NCBI RefSeq assembly: GCF_006345805.1
Contig: NC_043010.1
Location: forward strand, 21,638,001-21,702,000
DNA: 64,000 bases
From: Octopus sinensis
Lineage: Eukaryota
Direction: 5' to 3'
In this document: piece after piece, positions 28,720 through 43,635 of the stretch
How positions within the stretch are numbered: position 1 is the first letter of the stretch
Layout: each line of letters begins with the position of its first letter
Program-made: the position numbers and the translations under genes
Notes under the pieces: model-generated
Databases searched by the model: none
What the model was told of the DNA's origin: nothing
What the model saw: only the letters and a program-made list of their open reading frames with translations

Positions 28720-29420
28720 AAACTCCGAGTTTAGGTTCCGTTGCTGACTCTCTCTGTGTTTGTGTGTTCGCCCACGCTGCTGCCATCATGGTTGTTGTTG
28801 AGCCTTTCTTCTCTTTGAACCCCCACCAGTGATCGTCTATATGTTCTTTTATGCTTCGTGCAGTCTCTGCAATGCAAGTAGCTGCCTTGTTTCTGCAGAA
28901 ATTTCTAAGCTTGATGCGTTCATTTATGTTTAATATGTCGAAGTGCACTGGGACATTGACTTGTAAAATCACACTTGAGTCCACGGATACGAGCAAATTA
29001 GAAGGCACTGGTAGAAATAAATCTATGCAACATCCTTGATAATTCGTGTGCTTACAGAGATAAAATTCCAGCTGACATGTTTCACTATACGCTTGCAAAT
29101 ATCTGATTTGGTGTTTACTATATAGAATCTGATGTTCTTGGCCTGACTTACCTGCTCAAGAAGGTCAAATCACATGAACTCACCACTGTGGCAGACAGCA
29201 GGCGTGCATTGAGGCTTCGCGAATCTTTATGCAGGAAACCTATATGCAGAAATCTGTCCTGATCGACAAAATTTAAGCAGCGAATGACATTCAAACCCGC
29301 GTATGGAAAAACGCATTTCATATAAATGCACATTTTAATCATCTCTGCTTTGTGTCCTTATACTGAATTAATTCCAACTTTTCCGGCTTCAACATACAGC
29401 AGCAAACGTGCTTTGTGTTT
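28720..29420 (-). pseudogene. Degenerate Penelope-like GIY-YIG endonuclease region
   Basis: CIAETARSIKEHIDDHWWGFKEKK resembles the YIGET.RS..ER..EH motif. The match is by eye only. Confidence 0.45.
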
Positions 29421-29544
29421 TCTAAATAAGTACAAAGCTACACATCAATGCAACAAAAACATACATATACGTATAAAGAGATAGATAGAAATAGAAACAG
29501 ATAAATAGATAGACAGAGCAAGAGAGAGAGAAAGAGAGAGATGG

Positions 29545-29587
<43 letters not shown>

Positions 29588-29716
29588 AAATGCATAAGTG
29601 TAACCAAGAATGTTAAAGCGTAGTCGACGTCAAGGGGAGAGAACTACCTATAATTCTAACAGCTCGCATCTCACGTCTAATTATTTGACTTCAACGTTAC
29701 CGATCGTCAGTCATTG

Positions 29717-29753
29717 TATTCTGATGATCGAGAATGTGAAATTCGAATAAATA
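29717..29753 (+). ncRNA. Degenerate hammerhead ribozyme
   Basis: TATT-CTGATGA-tcgagaatgt-GAAA-TTCGAAT-A|AATA. Stem I (4 bp) and palindromic stem III ATTCGAAT are intact, but stem II does not pair. Confidence 0.5.
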
Positions 29754-29807
29754 GGTGAGAAACTCCAGTTGTGAATTATATATATAATATAATATAATAT
29801 AATATGA

Positions 29808-30013
29808 TAATATTAGTTGGTTGTCATAAAGAAACTCAGTTTCGGTTACCGGGGCTGAAGTCTGCTCCGGCATCTCATCAGGTTTCTTTTTTGTCTTAGT
29901 CACTGATGAAATGCCGGAGTTTTATTATGACAACCAACTAATTGTCACATATTATATTTATAGAAAAATTCCTCTATTTTACATATCGAGGTCTCATTCA
30001 TTCTTTTGTTGTC
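29808..30013. mobile_element. Hairpin-plus-tail element with degenerate hammerhead cores on both strands
   Basis: Arms TAGTTGGTTGTCATAA (29814-29829) / TTATGACAACCAACTA (29925-29940). Minus core CTGATGA..CCGG..CCGG..GAAACTGAGT; plus CTGATGA at 29903. The tail is shared with the 56725 element. Confidence 0.6.
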
Positions 30014-30569
30014 ATATTATTATTAATATATATATATATATTTCAAACTTTAGAGGTTGTATATACAAGAAACACAGGCAGTATATAACTTGTATTCTGT
30101 TTATTATTCGTCATAAATATGTGAAATTCAGAAAAAGTAATATTATGTGGATGGTCATTTTAAATTTATATTAGTGTATGAAATTTTAAAAATTGAAATG
30201 AAAATTTATAAAACGCACGTATTGATATTTCAGACCATCATGTTTTAGAATGTTAATATACTTTCTACCATTAGCATAAGGCCTGTTTTTTTCCGTAATC
30301 GACTGGTACGTAATTTATCGACCCCAAAAGTATGAAAAGTAAAGTCGACGTTGGTGGAATTTTAACAGAATGCTAATATACTATCATAAAACTGTGTTGT
30401 TTCAAACTTCTTTTACAGTATTTCAACACAAATTATTTTTCTCTTCTATATTAGGTAGAAAAATTTGAATTAAAAATAGTTTGGTTTAATCTAAAACATA
30501 CCAAACAATTTCGTTTTTGATTTAGTTTGCAAGATTCTTTATGAGAGTTCGTGTGTTGAAGCATATTAT

Positions 30570-30787
30570 GTTGTGTCTGTGGAGTGTCATTCTCTTTTAG
30601 TGCCTTATACTTTAACACACTCACCGGTAAATTTTCCATTTATTTCGTTTTACGGACAGATTCGACGACTATTGAAAAGGTTGCAAGACGCAACAAAAGT
30701 TTTAGAAAAGAAAATACGTGGAAATTTCATCGGTGAGTGTGTTAAATTATAAGGCACTAAAAGAGAATGACTCCCCCCAGACACAAC
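30570..30787. repeat. ~69 bp inverted repeat with 80 bp spacer (MITE-like foldback)
   Basis: 30570-30638 versus 30719-30787, including TCATTCTCTTTTAGTGCCTTATA / TATAAGGCACTAAAAGAGAATGA. Confidence 0.75.
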
Positions 30788-32353
30788 AGACTACCAAACA
30801 ATATTATTATTTAGCTTCTTATACTTGAAAAACCATAAATGTTTCATTAAACTCTCTTCTTCTGGTATTCCGAATGTATAAGTTTGTTGAGTCTCTAGTG
30901 TTTTAAATGAATTTGCTGTCATACCGATGTGCGACAGCGATGATAACGATAACGAATTTTCATAGATATTAGCGAAACAATTTGCTTATATTCTCTGAAT
31001 TACAGTTATAATTACTTGTACAATGGTAAATATAAATATTCCAATATTTTCATATTATTCACGGACTACAATGAATGAGCGAAGGTTGATGGTATTGAAT
31101 AGCTTAATTTTGTGTGAAATTTTTACCTACTTTTCTTGCAAGAATTACTAATATAAAAGATGGACGCTTATTTTTTTCCCAATCTGGGAAGCTAAAAATT
31201 TATTAAATATAATTGATTCAGCTGCATGTTTTTTTTTTGGTTGATATGCATTGTATATTCTTCGCACATTCTGATAAATATACCCACATATTTAGATGGT
31301 CTATTTCTATCATATCCTATGAAAATACCTCTCTTAATAGGGAAACATACGTTAACAATATTGGATTGAAATCTAGCGGTTTCAGATAAACCATAAAATA
31401 TCATACGATACTCTGCCGAGCAAGATGAAGGATTTGTTATCGATGTGATAACAAATCAATTTATGATAGGATAGATTCAATGTTTAATATACATTTACAA
31501 CACTACGAATCTATCACTTGTCAAGATTGTACGCAAATTTAGATACGCATGTAAGGCAGCTGATGCATAATAACGCTATCTACAATATCAATTGACACCT
31601 TTAATACAAAATAAAAACTTACGCGCAATGCTTTTCATTACGTAGATTCTATATAGAATAAAATGTTTATCATAAGACACAATCTGTGAATATTGAATAA
31701 GTATAGTTAATTTCTTCTTACCGACGTAAGCCAACATAAATTTTGGATTCCACAGGACTATCCGAATATGAAAATCTTAAAATATCAATGATATGCTTTA
31801 TGTGTATTTAAAATAAAATCGTTTAATTAGTTTTGATGTGATATTAATCTTCATTGCACATTACCTCCGCTAAGAATGGAACCTACAAGATAAACAACGT
31901 TTACATTTTATACTTACTTATAAAAGCAACTTTTTATAGATGTATATATTGATTGTAATCCAAACGGTTATCCAGACATATAAATTCATAGACAATCCAG
32001 GTCCAAGCAGCCATCCATTAAATGCTTGTGAACATCTAAAGTTAAAAATAAACGACTTCAATTATGACATAATAATACGTGAAGCTGAATCAAAGAACCT
32101 ATCTCACATTTCCTCTATTTGCATCCCGACATGTTTTTTTACTCCTCATCTATGTTTTCTGACGAAGAGGGTAAGTTCGAAACATTAAAGACCTCTTTCC
32201 TTTTTCCTGAGCGTTAAATCAATATACGCTGTTTATCGGTCTTTCGCCTCGCCTTTGTGTTGCTTTTGTATTTTGGACTATCTATTTGTCTGTCTGTCTT
32301 TCTGCCTGTCAGCCTGTCTATCTGTCTGTGTCTGTCTGTCTGTCTATCAATCC

Positions 32354-32406
<53 letters not shown>

Positions 32407-32426
32407 ACTATTTATCTATCTATCCA

Positions 32427-32479
<53 letters not shown>

Positions 32480-32480
32480 T

Positions 32481-32571
<91 letters not shown>

Positions 32572-35500
32572 GCGTGTGTCTATGTGTATGCATGTATGTA
32601 TGTGTATGTATGTATGTGTGGGTGTGTTTTAAAACCACTTTAGTTTTTTCCAGATTTTTGTTTTCATATCAGTTCTTGCACTTAGTTTGTTACATACATA
32701 TAATTTTTATATGCACACCCCCACCCCCACACACACGTGTGTGCGTATGCGAGTGATTGTGTTCTGTGTGTGTATGTGTGTGAGTGTTTCTCGGTGTATT
32801 TTGAAGTAGTGTAATGAGGAGTGTCAAAATATCTTTTACGATTTAGGAAGTCAATTGTAAATTTCTATTACTGAAACAGATTGTGTCTTTAATTAAATAT
32901 TTCTATTTCAACTTGCGATTTTGAAGATCAAAAATTTATAGACTTTATGAGGGAAGTTTTAATACGCTTTGTTTGAGCTAGATTTGCATCGTTAAAGGAC
33001 GCGTAAAGTTTAAATAATTGGTTTCTGTTTGAACTAAAAAGAAAAAGAAAAATACTCAATGTGATATTTCACAGAGAACACTTTTATAACTATACTTATA
33101 GCGTATAGAATTTCATATCTCAATATTAAAAGCTGATGTCAACTATGAAAGCGTAAATTTTATTAAGAGAATCGAGGAAAAGTATTAGTTGACATCGAAT
33201 GCTTATTTAAATAAGTTGTATAAGAATGTATATTGAATATTCTCACTACAAAAATATACGTTCATCTGTTGAAATGGCAGAAGAATTTCAATTACAGTTT
33301 TGTATGGGTGGTGGATTTTTAATAGAGGCGCTCTAAAGTTCTCTTTAGAAGCTCTTTATAGGAAAAATTACAAGCAAATACGCACATATATAAACACGCA
33401 CAAACACACACACACACTCCTACGCAGACACACACACAAATATATAGAACTTTAATCGTAATACATCCCAAGATTAAGTTTCATACTAAGATATGTGAAG
33501 CAATCATCAGATGTCATATTGAATAAGTTTTTATGAAGTTGGTGTCGAATAAACAGTGTTATTGGTATAACATTTTCCTCTTTTGCATTTCGAATTGAAA
33601 CGTTTTATGTGGCATAAAACATTTCATATAAATATTAGGGGCGTGTTATTAATATTGATCATTAAAAATGAGTGAAAGTAAAGTGGAAGAATATCGATAG
33701 TGAAGAACGCAGGATGTACGATTAAATAAGAAGAGGATCTGCTATATCGAAGCGTTTAAGGAAATTCAAGATCTTATCCGTTAATAATTGGGTTAAACAT
33801 TTTTAGAGAAACAGGGGTAATATGAGCCTATTTCACAAACAGTTAAATATTCATTCTCTTATACAGAATGAAGCCTGCGCAGTTAGAATTTTGAAAATAC
33901 ATGAAAATTATTTTCTTAGAGACGATAGCAAAATCTCGAGAACCTATTACTGGAATAAACCACAGAGGAAGTGCGTGGGATTTATTTCTGAACTTCCCAA
34001 TGTCTTGCAAGATACTTGACAGAATTGCCCATATATAAACTGCACTCTCTTTTGGTACTCATGTCTAACTCTGAACCGATGGAAAGTAAAATTTGCCTCG
34101 GCAGTATTTGAACACAAAGTGTAGACTTTTGAAAGCAATAACGGCGAAGCAGTGAAGTTTTAGGGCTTCATAGCTAAATGCCTAGTTTTATATGTATATG
34201 TTCTTTCTAATTCCAAGTTCAAAATCTTCCTTTTGCAGAAGCTCCACCCACAGAATTGGTACTGCAAAGATGGCGTAATCAAAGGAAGTTTTCTTTTCAA
34301 ATCTACGAAGTCATAAAAATAATGTAACGTGAGTTCACAAATTACTCTGGATATTTGGAGCACGTGGAAGGTTTTACACACACGATCACATGTACCCTTA
34401 ACATATATGGACAGAGATACAAACACACACACATACACAAACACGCACACAGACACACATTACTGTGAGTTCCAGTGTGTGCATTGTTAATGTCCAAACA
34501 AAGTATACATGTTATCAATAATACGCCATAACGAACTGTGCATTGATAATGTTTTTACAATCAAATACATTTTTCTTTCTTTACACTATTTGCATACTTC
34601 AATAGCGATGATGTACCACAACTTCATGTATTTTGGGTACACAATATATGCCGTCGAAGTTTTTCTTCGAGCCCCTTTCAATATTTTCTTAAGTTTCCTG
34701 TTCCTTTGCAGGTTTAAAATGATACTTAGCATATTTCAGCATATATGATGAAGAATTTATGTGAAGCCAACAGAGAAACGATGTTTTGTTTCTTTTTATC
34801 CTTTTACTTTGAAATTGTTATACAGGATTTCTTTCAATTTATATAGGCCAATGTTGTTAATTCGCCTTTTGTACTAACACACTCTTAAATATATCCTTCA
34901 CAGTGATTGTTATTCAAACTCTAATATCTGACATTATGTAATGTCAAAGCTGGTAAATTAATTTTAAGGTTTAAAAGCGTTGCAAATGAACATGTTGAAT
35001 ATAATCGATGCTGAATATCGTTAGGATACATCAACCCCAGAACATTACCAAATAACAATGCCAGGGACGATTAGAAATTGTAGTATTGAGTATTAGAATC
35101 GATATTAGAACTGAAACAAAATGCCTGTATTGGCAAATTAGATTGTGTATTGAAAAGGGTTTGATGCCAAAGTAAATAAACAATAATAACAATAAATATA
35201 AAATAAGTAAATATATACAAAATAAAAGTCAATTCACCACTCCTCTGGTTGGCAATCTCCTATTTCTACTTCTCTGCTAACCTTTATTTCGTTTATTTTA
35301 TTACTTTGATAATACACATCAAAACACATAGATGCATTGTTACTAGGATATGTAAACAATCTAAAACAATTAATACATCAATCAATGTTTTCTTTTTTTT
35401 CTTCACAAATTTGATACAAAATACTAAATTTCTTAGTTTAGGGTTTTTTTTGTTGCTAACAATGCGAATTACTTGATTTTCATTTGATGTACATTATTTA

Positions 35501-35594
35501 CTTGTTGCTTTTGCAAACAATATCAAGGGATGGAAATTTCGTAATGGTAGCAACAGCTTATTTAACATAGACCAATTAAATTAGTATATATATA

Positions 35595-35677
<83 letters not shown>

Positions 35678-35959
35678 GTGTGTGTGTGTGTGTGTGTATG
35701 TCTATATATATGTGCATGTATATATGTATGTATATATATATATATGTATATATCTGTATATGTATACATATATATATATACACACATATATATGTATATA
35801 TATTTATGTATGTATATATATATATATTATATATATACACGCATATATATGTATATATATTATGTATATTCATATGTATATATATATATGCATGTATGTA
35901 TATATGTGTATGTATTTATATATGTATATATATGTATATATATATGTATACATATATAT

Positions 35960-36022
<63 letters not shown>

Positions 36023-36269
36023 TTATGTATATATGTATATATTTCAGAGAATTGAACAATATTTTATTACATAAACTAATCGCGAGGAAAATATTTTTTA
36101 TTAATCAGCGACAAATGTGCCATTGCCTAATTCACAGAGAAACGAGAGTTCTAACGTTCCAAGAAGAGCTTCCCGATGAGCATAACGTAGCCTCCTTACC
36201 AGAAGGTACCACACTCCACAACTTAGAAAAGTATTCATATTCGCATTACTACTACTACTACTACTACTA

Positions 36270-36313
<44 letters not shown>

Positions 36314-36384
36314 TGCTGCTGCTGTTGATACTACTACTACTACTACTTCTACTGCTGCTGCTGCTCATACTACTACTACTACTA

Positions 36385-36424
<40 letters not shown>

Positions 36425-36425
36425 G

Positions 36426-37620
36426 CGACCACTCCTTTGCCACGCAGTGTAGATGGAAAATGCACCGGAGTGTTTAGTTATCTCTCAAGTGACAACAAAG
36501 ACCTTAAAAAGATAATACTTTCCTTAAATTGCGCAGAGTATAACGCAAGACTGATTTTGTATGACTCCAATCATTCATCTTATTCCCAAAGAATTAAGAA
36601 GCCTTGAAGTGTCAATAGCCTTGGCCCTTATTCACCGGTTACGACTGGTATTACTTTTACAATACCCCACCGCATTCCAAACAGATCTATATTCAATTCG
36701 GTGTACTCGGTGACATTTTCCAATCCCTTTAATTGCAATAAACATGTCATTTGAAATTACTTTGTCAATGATCTGACAGTCTTTACCTTTCTGGTTCAAT
36801 ATAGCAATGTCCGGTCGGTGATGTTTAATTAGTCTATCAGAAAATCATAATCTCCGTATATCGTTCTCTTCCCGTTCTCTATCATTATTTTACTGGGCAC
36901 GCACTCATATCGGTTCTTCATTACCTCGTATTGGTATTTGTTACAAAATCCAATGAAGGGACAGACTTTATCATGGTGGTATTTATTTTGCACGAGGCTA
37001 TCACATATACTTAGCAAGTGAGTTTTTTTTACATTCTTTTTTCTAGAGTCTAAATTTCTGGGTGTCTGAAATTTTGTAGATGTTATACTTCAGTGAATGG
37101 AGACGCATGGCCTCGTGGTTAGAGAAGCGGACTCGCAGTCGAGGGATCGCGGGTTTGAATCTCAAACCGGACGATGTGTGTGTTTATGAGCGAAATACGT
37201 AAGCTGCACGCGGCTCCGGCAGAAGGTACTGGCGAACTTCTGCTGACTCGTTCGCCCCAACTTTCTCTCAATCTTTCCTCCTGCAATTTGCAGCTCACCT
37301 GCGACAGACCGGCGTCCTGTCCAAGTGGGGAACCTATACGCCGATGAAACCAGGAAACTGGTCCTTATGAGCCAGGCATGGCTCGAGAAGGAACGAAGAA
37401 CAATACTTCAATGAAATGGTAGTAAAAGCTTGGTCATGTGCTGCATTCATAAAACTTTCAGTGGTACGCTGCAAATTGCCTTCTTCAAGCCATGTCCATG
37501 ATGCTGTTTTGTCCTTGATATCTTTCAAACTGACCGTGCAATCTCATTTGTAGAAGATCGTTTCGCTTCTCTTCAGTCATAGACAATTATGTTTGATGGA
37601 GTATATAGCAGCAAAGTTAA
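36426..37620 (-). pseudogene. Dong/R4-type LINE 3' fragment interrupted by an S3 SINE
   Basis: Minus strand: SWTWLEEGNLQRTTESFMNAAHDQAFTT; CDSLVQNKYHHDKVC; IKHHRPDIAIL (RPD of the RLE nuclease); KVIPVVTG. The 3' end abuts a (TAG)n tract. Confidence 0.8.
37098..37402 (+). mobile_element. SINE family S3 with 13 bp target site duplication
   Basis: ATACTTCAGTGAA (37085-37097) and ATACTTCAATGAA (37403-37415) flank the SINE. Confidence 0.85.
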
Positions 37621-38870
37621 AGAGGTTATTTTGGCTTCCTAGTTACACATACAAAGTGTTTCGACTCGTCACACCGTCTAGGAAAAAAGAAACCCTTGAG
37701 AAATTTGTATAATGTGAAAGTGTCTCTTTGCGTGTAGGATTTAATGGAAATGAGGATAAAGCGTACACCGATCCGTGCATTGTAAATTAGCGGGTGTTTC
37801 TCACTCTCTCTCTCTCTCTCATTCTCTCCATCTCTCCCTCTCTCACACACACACACTGAGTGTATGTACCAGAGATACTGGTGGGAGGGAAAATGTCCGT
37901 TGTAACAGCAAATGCTCTGTGAAGTTTAATTCAAAATGTGCAATAAATAGATGGCATAGTATACACGACAAATGAAAAGATACATCGAATAGATTTAGCT
38001 GGAGATGCTGTGAAGTGCTGGAGATGATATAACAACACCACTGAAGTTACACGTTTTCTATCATTTAACAGTTTAAAAAAGCTGGCCGTGACCCACAGTA
38101 TAAAACTGGTGAATTATAAACAATGCAACTAAGGGAATAATATTATATTGTATTTACGCATTTCGTACAGTAGACCAGAATATAAACATATTTCAAATTC
38201 TATATATGTTAAATAAATATGGAATATACTCTTTTACAAATGACATATTTTATCATTGCTCTATAGAACATTCAAACCCCTTGTGTCTAGAATAGACAGA
38301 ATTGTCTCCAGCTTAGAAATTCAATCTTCAACGTGCTGCTAAAGAATTATTTGAAAATATCAACTGACTTTTTTTTCTCGTAATACCTTAAAGTTTAATT
38401 AATTCCAACGTGCCACATAACGTCTATATCATTTCCATTCTTTATTATTTTATTATATTTTTCATATTGTTTCTAGTTATATGGTTTCCAAAATTTATCT
38501 GAAGGCATAAAGCACACAAAAGAAAATACTTCTAATCTATTTTTCAAGGAACCAATATCTTTTCGGAATGTAAATATTACAATATGACGACTACAAGAAC
38601 AAAAAAAGAAAATTAAACAAAACCTATGCAACGAAATAAATAACTAGAAGAGTAATTATACATTTCTGGTGATAGTGTCAATGGTAATAGAAAAATGCGT
38701 CATTTAAATATTCTATGGAATATATATTAGTAAGAGGAACCAACAGAGTTGGAGATGCAACAGTTTCTTTTTTCAACTGATTAAATACGGAACTTTAGTC
38801 ACATATTTACAGAAAACATATATATACTTCCTTAAGTATACATGTATATGTGTGTATATATATATGTATG

Positions 38871-38907
<37 letters not shown>

Positions 38908-39019
38908 ATAACTATGTATGCATGTAAATATACATATATATATATATACATTTATAAGCATATATATATATATACATGTATGTATAAATACACACACGCG
39001 CCTATATATTTTCACTCCT

Positions 39020-39395
39020 TTACTCTTTTATTTGTTTCAGTCATTTCATTGCGGCCATACAGGAGCATCGCCTTTAGTTAAACAAATCGACCCCAGGGCT
39101 CATCCTTTGTAAGCCTAGTACTTAATCTATCGGTCTCTTTTGCCGAATAGCTAATTTACGGAGATGTAAACACACCAGCATTGTTTGTCAAGCGAAGGTG
39201 TGCGTGTGTGTGGGTGAGGGGATAAACACAGACACGCAAACATGTACACACACACACATACACACACATATATATATATATACGGCGGGCTTCCTTCAGT
39301 TTCCGTCTCAACTCACAAAGCTTTGGTCCGCTCTAGGCTATAGTAAAAGACACTTGTCCAAGGTGCCACGCAGTGGGACTGAACCCGGAACCATG
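39020..39395 (-). mobile_element. SINE family S2
   Basis: Reverse complement of the S2 body and head (..CAAGGTGCCACGCAGTGGGACTGAACCCGGAACCATG). Confidence 0.85.
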
Positions 39396-39745
39396 TATAT
39401 GTATGCATGTATGTATACATATATGTATATGTATGCATGTATATGTATATGTATGCATGTATGTATACATGTATGTATATATATGTATGCATGTATGTAT
39501 ACATACATACATATGTATGTATACATACATACATATATACATGTATGTATATATACATACATACATAGATACACATACACTTACACACATACACACACAT
39601 GAATTTGAAAGCATATACTATCTGGACATAATAGATTTCCATCCGTTAGCATCAGAAACACGTACTTCGAGCAACAGAACTCTACGTACATAACACGATG
39701 CTTTTAATACAAATGTTTGTATACAGGAAAAACATAAAGCATCTT

Positions 39746-39963
39746 AAAGTGTACTAGCCATCTCAATATGGCTAACCACTAAGGGTGGGTGTTACTGTAG
39801 CTTTTAGCCCCAGGAGATCATCGTCTCCAGCTGGCTTTAGGCACACTTTCTGTGCCCTTATGGTATTTGCAAAGGGAGGTCATCCCTCTCTCGTAAACCT
39901 AAGCGACACGCACGGACTGCAGTTACTAGGTTTTTGCCTGTCTTCAGCGTACGGCAGTCACCG
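39746..39963. mobile_element. Short element copy A (one terminal repeat, cut at the LINE 3' end)
   Basis: Roughly 90% identical (by eye) to the reverse complement of 45460-45675. It lacks the second terminal repeat. Confidence 0.75.
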
Positions 39964-40223
39964 GTTTACGATTAATTCTTTATTACGATTATAAAATCAG
40001 TACATAGAAGAACAATACAGGACATACATACAAAAAACAGTTAAGTGGTTCGTTTAAAAATTTCCACAATATATGGATTATTCATTATACAAAAAACTGT
40101 ATTTAAATTGTCCTTTGCATTGACTAATATAACATTACATTAGATTGAAATCTTACCGATATATTTTAAACCCCGGCAACCTATAAAGCCTCGCAGCTTT
40201 CCTTTCCTCTTCTCCATCCATAG

Positions 40224-43200
40224 TTAAACTGGGTTTCTGACACCCACCTTTTTCGCCACTTCCTTCCATCTTTTTTCATACACACCTCGTGGTAAGGTCT
40301 TCTTTTCCAGCCTCATTTTGCTCTTCAGATGATATCTGAAGTAAGTGAGCAAGCCGGGGCCTGAGACAAAGGATCCTATTGCGACTCCTTCCATTCTTGT
40401 ACGCCACATGCATTATTTTACTATTGCAACCGTGCAGTGAAAACATGCCTCACTTACCTTTGAGAGTCCAGTTGACGGTGTCATCTTAATCATAGACTCA
40501 GCCGACAGCTGTACTCGTTCCAGATGTGATAACACGTGTTCTGCGTAACTTATCAAGTCTGACAACTGCCGACAGTGTACAAAAGCGTGCTGGACGGTTT
40601 CATCGTCCAACCCGCATCTTGGACATGTCAGTGGCACTGAAATTCCGTGCCGCGATAACTTCTCGCGAACAGGTAAAGCATTCCTATAACACTGCCGGGC
40701 CAGGGATCTTTGGAAATTATCCAAATACCCCGTCCTGAAAGTCTTTTTAAACAGGTTGGTAAGCTAGTCCTCGTCGAACCCCAGAGCCCCTCCTAGGATG
40801 TCGTCGTTCTTTGCCTCTACCAGCCTGCTATAAAATACCGAGATGGTATTTCCGCAGCCGACCTTGCCCGCCTTGTGGATCAGCGTGAGTGCCTGTCGGC
40901 GTCTCCTTTTACCATAAAGTCAGATTCCGTCTTTTGAAGCAACCGGGTTTAAAATTCACGAAGGAAGCCGGTCTCGGGAAAAATTCCCCTGCCAGCGGAT
41001 TCCACACCTTATCACCCTCCAGGTGGTGCCAGAGATGCTTCAGCCTCAACGCATGTCTGCGCATCATCAACCAAGGCATTCCTAACCCACCCTTTAACGG
41101 TTCCTGGCAGCAAACGGAGCGCCTCACACGTGGCTTTCCTCCCTTCCACAAAAAGCGGAAAAGGATTCGCTCCAACTTGCTAAGCCATGAATCGGGGCAA
41201 GGGACAACGGTCAGGCGGTAAGTGATTACAGATGCAATGAACATCTGTACCACCTCCGCCCTTCCTTTCAAGGACAGAAACCTTCCGGACCAGGTCCGTA
41301 CTATGGCCTCCACCTTGTCCGTCACCTCACTCCAATTCCTCTCCGTTTGGGGGTCTGGCCCAAACGAAACTCCTAGCAACTTAACAGGACCATCTGTCCA
41401 GTGTCCCACGGCACTGGACGATATAGACTTGCTCCTCCAGGTGCCGAGGCACAAGCCAATCGACTTGTTCTTGTTAACTTTTGCTCCTGCCACCGCCTCG
41501 TATCCTCTGATAGCATCTTCTACACAAGGTAGCTGAGCCTCATTGGACACGATGAGGGTGACGTCACCCGCATAAGCAGAAACCGTCCTCCCGCCTCCGA
41601 TCTCATCCGGGTTACTTCCCAGCCTCTACAACTTTCGCAGCAATGGCTCGAGAGCCAACACGTACAAAAGTGATGACAAGGGGCACCTTTGACGAACTGA
41701 ACATTCGATCGGAAACGGTTTCGTTAGGTAACCGTTTATCTGGACGGTGGACTTGATGCCGCTATACATAGCGGAGATCCACCCGCGAAATTCAGGGCCC
41801 AGTCCAGCCGCTTCGAGGACCGTCGCCAGGTACTTATGGTCTACCCTATCAAAGCTTTACTTTGGTCTAAATGGACCATTACCCCGCCCTTGCCGGTTAA
41901 TTTACCCACCCTATCTAAAGTGTAGCGTATAAGGTGAAGATTTCCTGGATCGACCTGCCTGGAATTGCACATGTCTGTGCTTTCCCTACAAGTTTCTCCA
42001 CGACAGTTGTCAACCTTTTTGCCAACACCTTGGCCAAAATCTTTAACTCTACATTAAGTAGAGTTATGGGCCTGTAATTACTAATGTTATCCCCCTTGCT
42101 CGGATCTTTCTGGATTAGCGTCACCACTCCTCGGCTTACAGAACTGGGAATTCTCCCGTTCTGCTGCCAGTTCGCGTAGACGCCTGCCAGTATTCCCCCG
42201 AACAAGTCCGGCATACTTTGATAAAACTCGTAGGGCAGACCATCCAACCCCGGCGACTTCTCCCGGGCGCATCCGGCCAGTACCCCCTCTATCTCCGCGG
42301 GAGTGATCGCTCCTTCACAGCACTCCACCTCACGCCCCGAGAGCCGCGGTCCGCCGGCTAGGAAGTCCTTTAAGGCCCTCCTCCGCTCCAGCGAACCCCC
42401 CCCCCGAACGCGCGGGCGAAATGCTGGTGAAGAAACTTTTGCATCTTCTCCTGTCCATAGATCATGTGTCCCTTTTCGTCAGTTAAAGACTTGATTGAAG
42501 CTTTGTTACCTCTCTGACTCTCCACTCGACGGGCCCATCCGGCAACGTTAATACCTTCTCGTTTCCCTGCGCGTAGCTTAGCTCTAACTCTGCAACCTTC
42601 GTGTTTGGAGTTAAGGTGACGGTACAATACCGTCCTTGCCGCCATCACTCCGGATGCAGAGCCAGCTTCCATTGCCTCGTTTAGATTCTTAACTAAATCG
42701 TCCTCTATCCTAGACCTATCTAACCTTAGCTGATTGCTAAATCTAATGGACTCTGAACGAATGGCTCTTTTGAGGGAGTGCCACCATCTATTGTTAATGA
42801 TGGTGCCACACAATGCCCTCTGTACTAACACCTTAATCCGGGTATGGAAGTCTTCACAATTCAAAATAGACTTGTTCAGCTTCCAGTACCCGGGTCCCTG
42901 TCTATGGCACTTATCTAATTGCACCCTACAAGTCACAAATTTGTGATCCGTGTAAGGCACAATGTGAAACTGTGGACAACTAAACGTATCCTTATCTCTT
43001 TTCCTAACGAATATCCTATCTATATACGATCTGCGTGAGCCGTCATTGTTACTTCACGTCCACTGTGGAACGATCGGCTCATCCAGTCGATAACGGTCTA
43101 CTAGATTAAAGCTCTCTAGTAGACCCTTGAGGCTAGGGTTCCCCTTCCTATTGGTTGAGCCAACACTGTCGACCCGCGCTTCGAGGACAGTGTTAAAGTC

Positions 43201-43608
43201 CCCTACAAAGACTACCGTTTTCGACGTCACTAAAAAGTGCTCCAGATTCCGAAAAAACCCAGACTGCCTACACTCATTCGGAGCGTAGACAGCTACCAAT
43301 CTGAAGGACTGTTTACCTACGTGGGTCACATCCAGAACGACCAGCCTGCCTTTTGGGTCCAGAAAGACAGTACTTACCTGCAAGTCCAAGCTCTTCCTGA
43401 TAAGACTGCCACGCCCCTTCCTCCTCACGGCTAGGAGAAATAAATTTCTCGAAACCATTTAGAAGAGGCGAGAACGCTTTTACCCGCTCATCTTGGACTC
43501 GGTTACAATTGCTTCGTCCACTCCGTGTGTCGTGAGGTCGTTCTGGAGAAAACTTTGTTTCCATTTCGACCCCATTCCACGCACATTCATACAAACCAGC
43601 TTTACCAT
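40224..43608 (-). pseudogene. LINE ORF2 (APE endonuclease + reverse transcriptase + C-terminal Cys/His motif), disrupted
   Basis: Starts MVKLVCMNVRG; motifs VFVGDFN, YTDHKFV, KSPGLDGLPYEFY, NYRPITLLNVELKILAK, GLGMP, CPRC..ETVQH...HC. The catalytic YADD reads YAGD (41563-41574). Several frameshifts and stops. Confidence 0.9.
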
Positions 43609-43635
43609 TGTCGGGGAGAGAGAAAAAAAATAAAC

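Noticed and set aside
34235-34330. Strong-looking acceptor TTCCTTTTGCAG| followed by short open frames
   Set aside because: All frames stop within ~30 codons and none is recognisable.
39770-39880. HDV-like ribozyme in the short element flanking the LINE
   Set aside because: Local hairpins exist (GGCTAA/TTAGCC, GGCACA/TGTGCC), but I could not assemble the nested double pseudoknot order.
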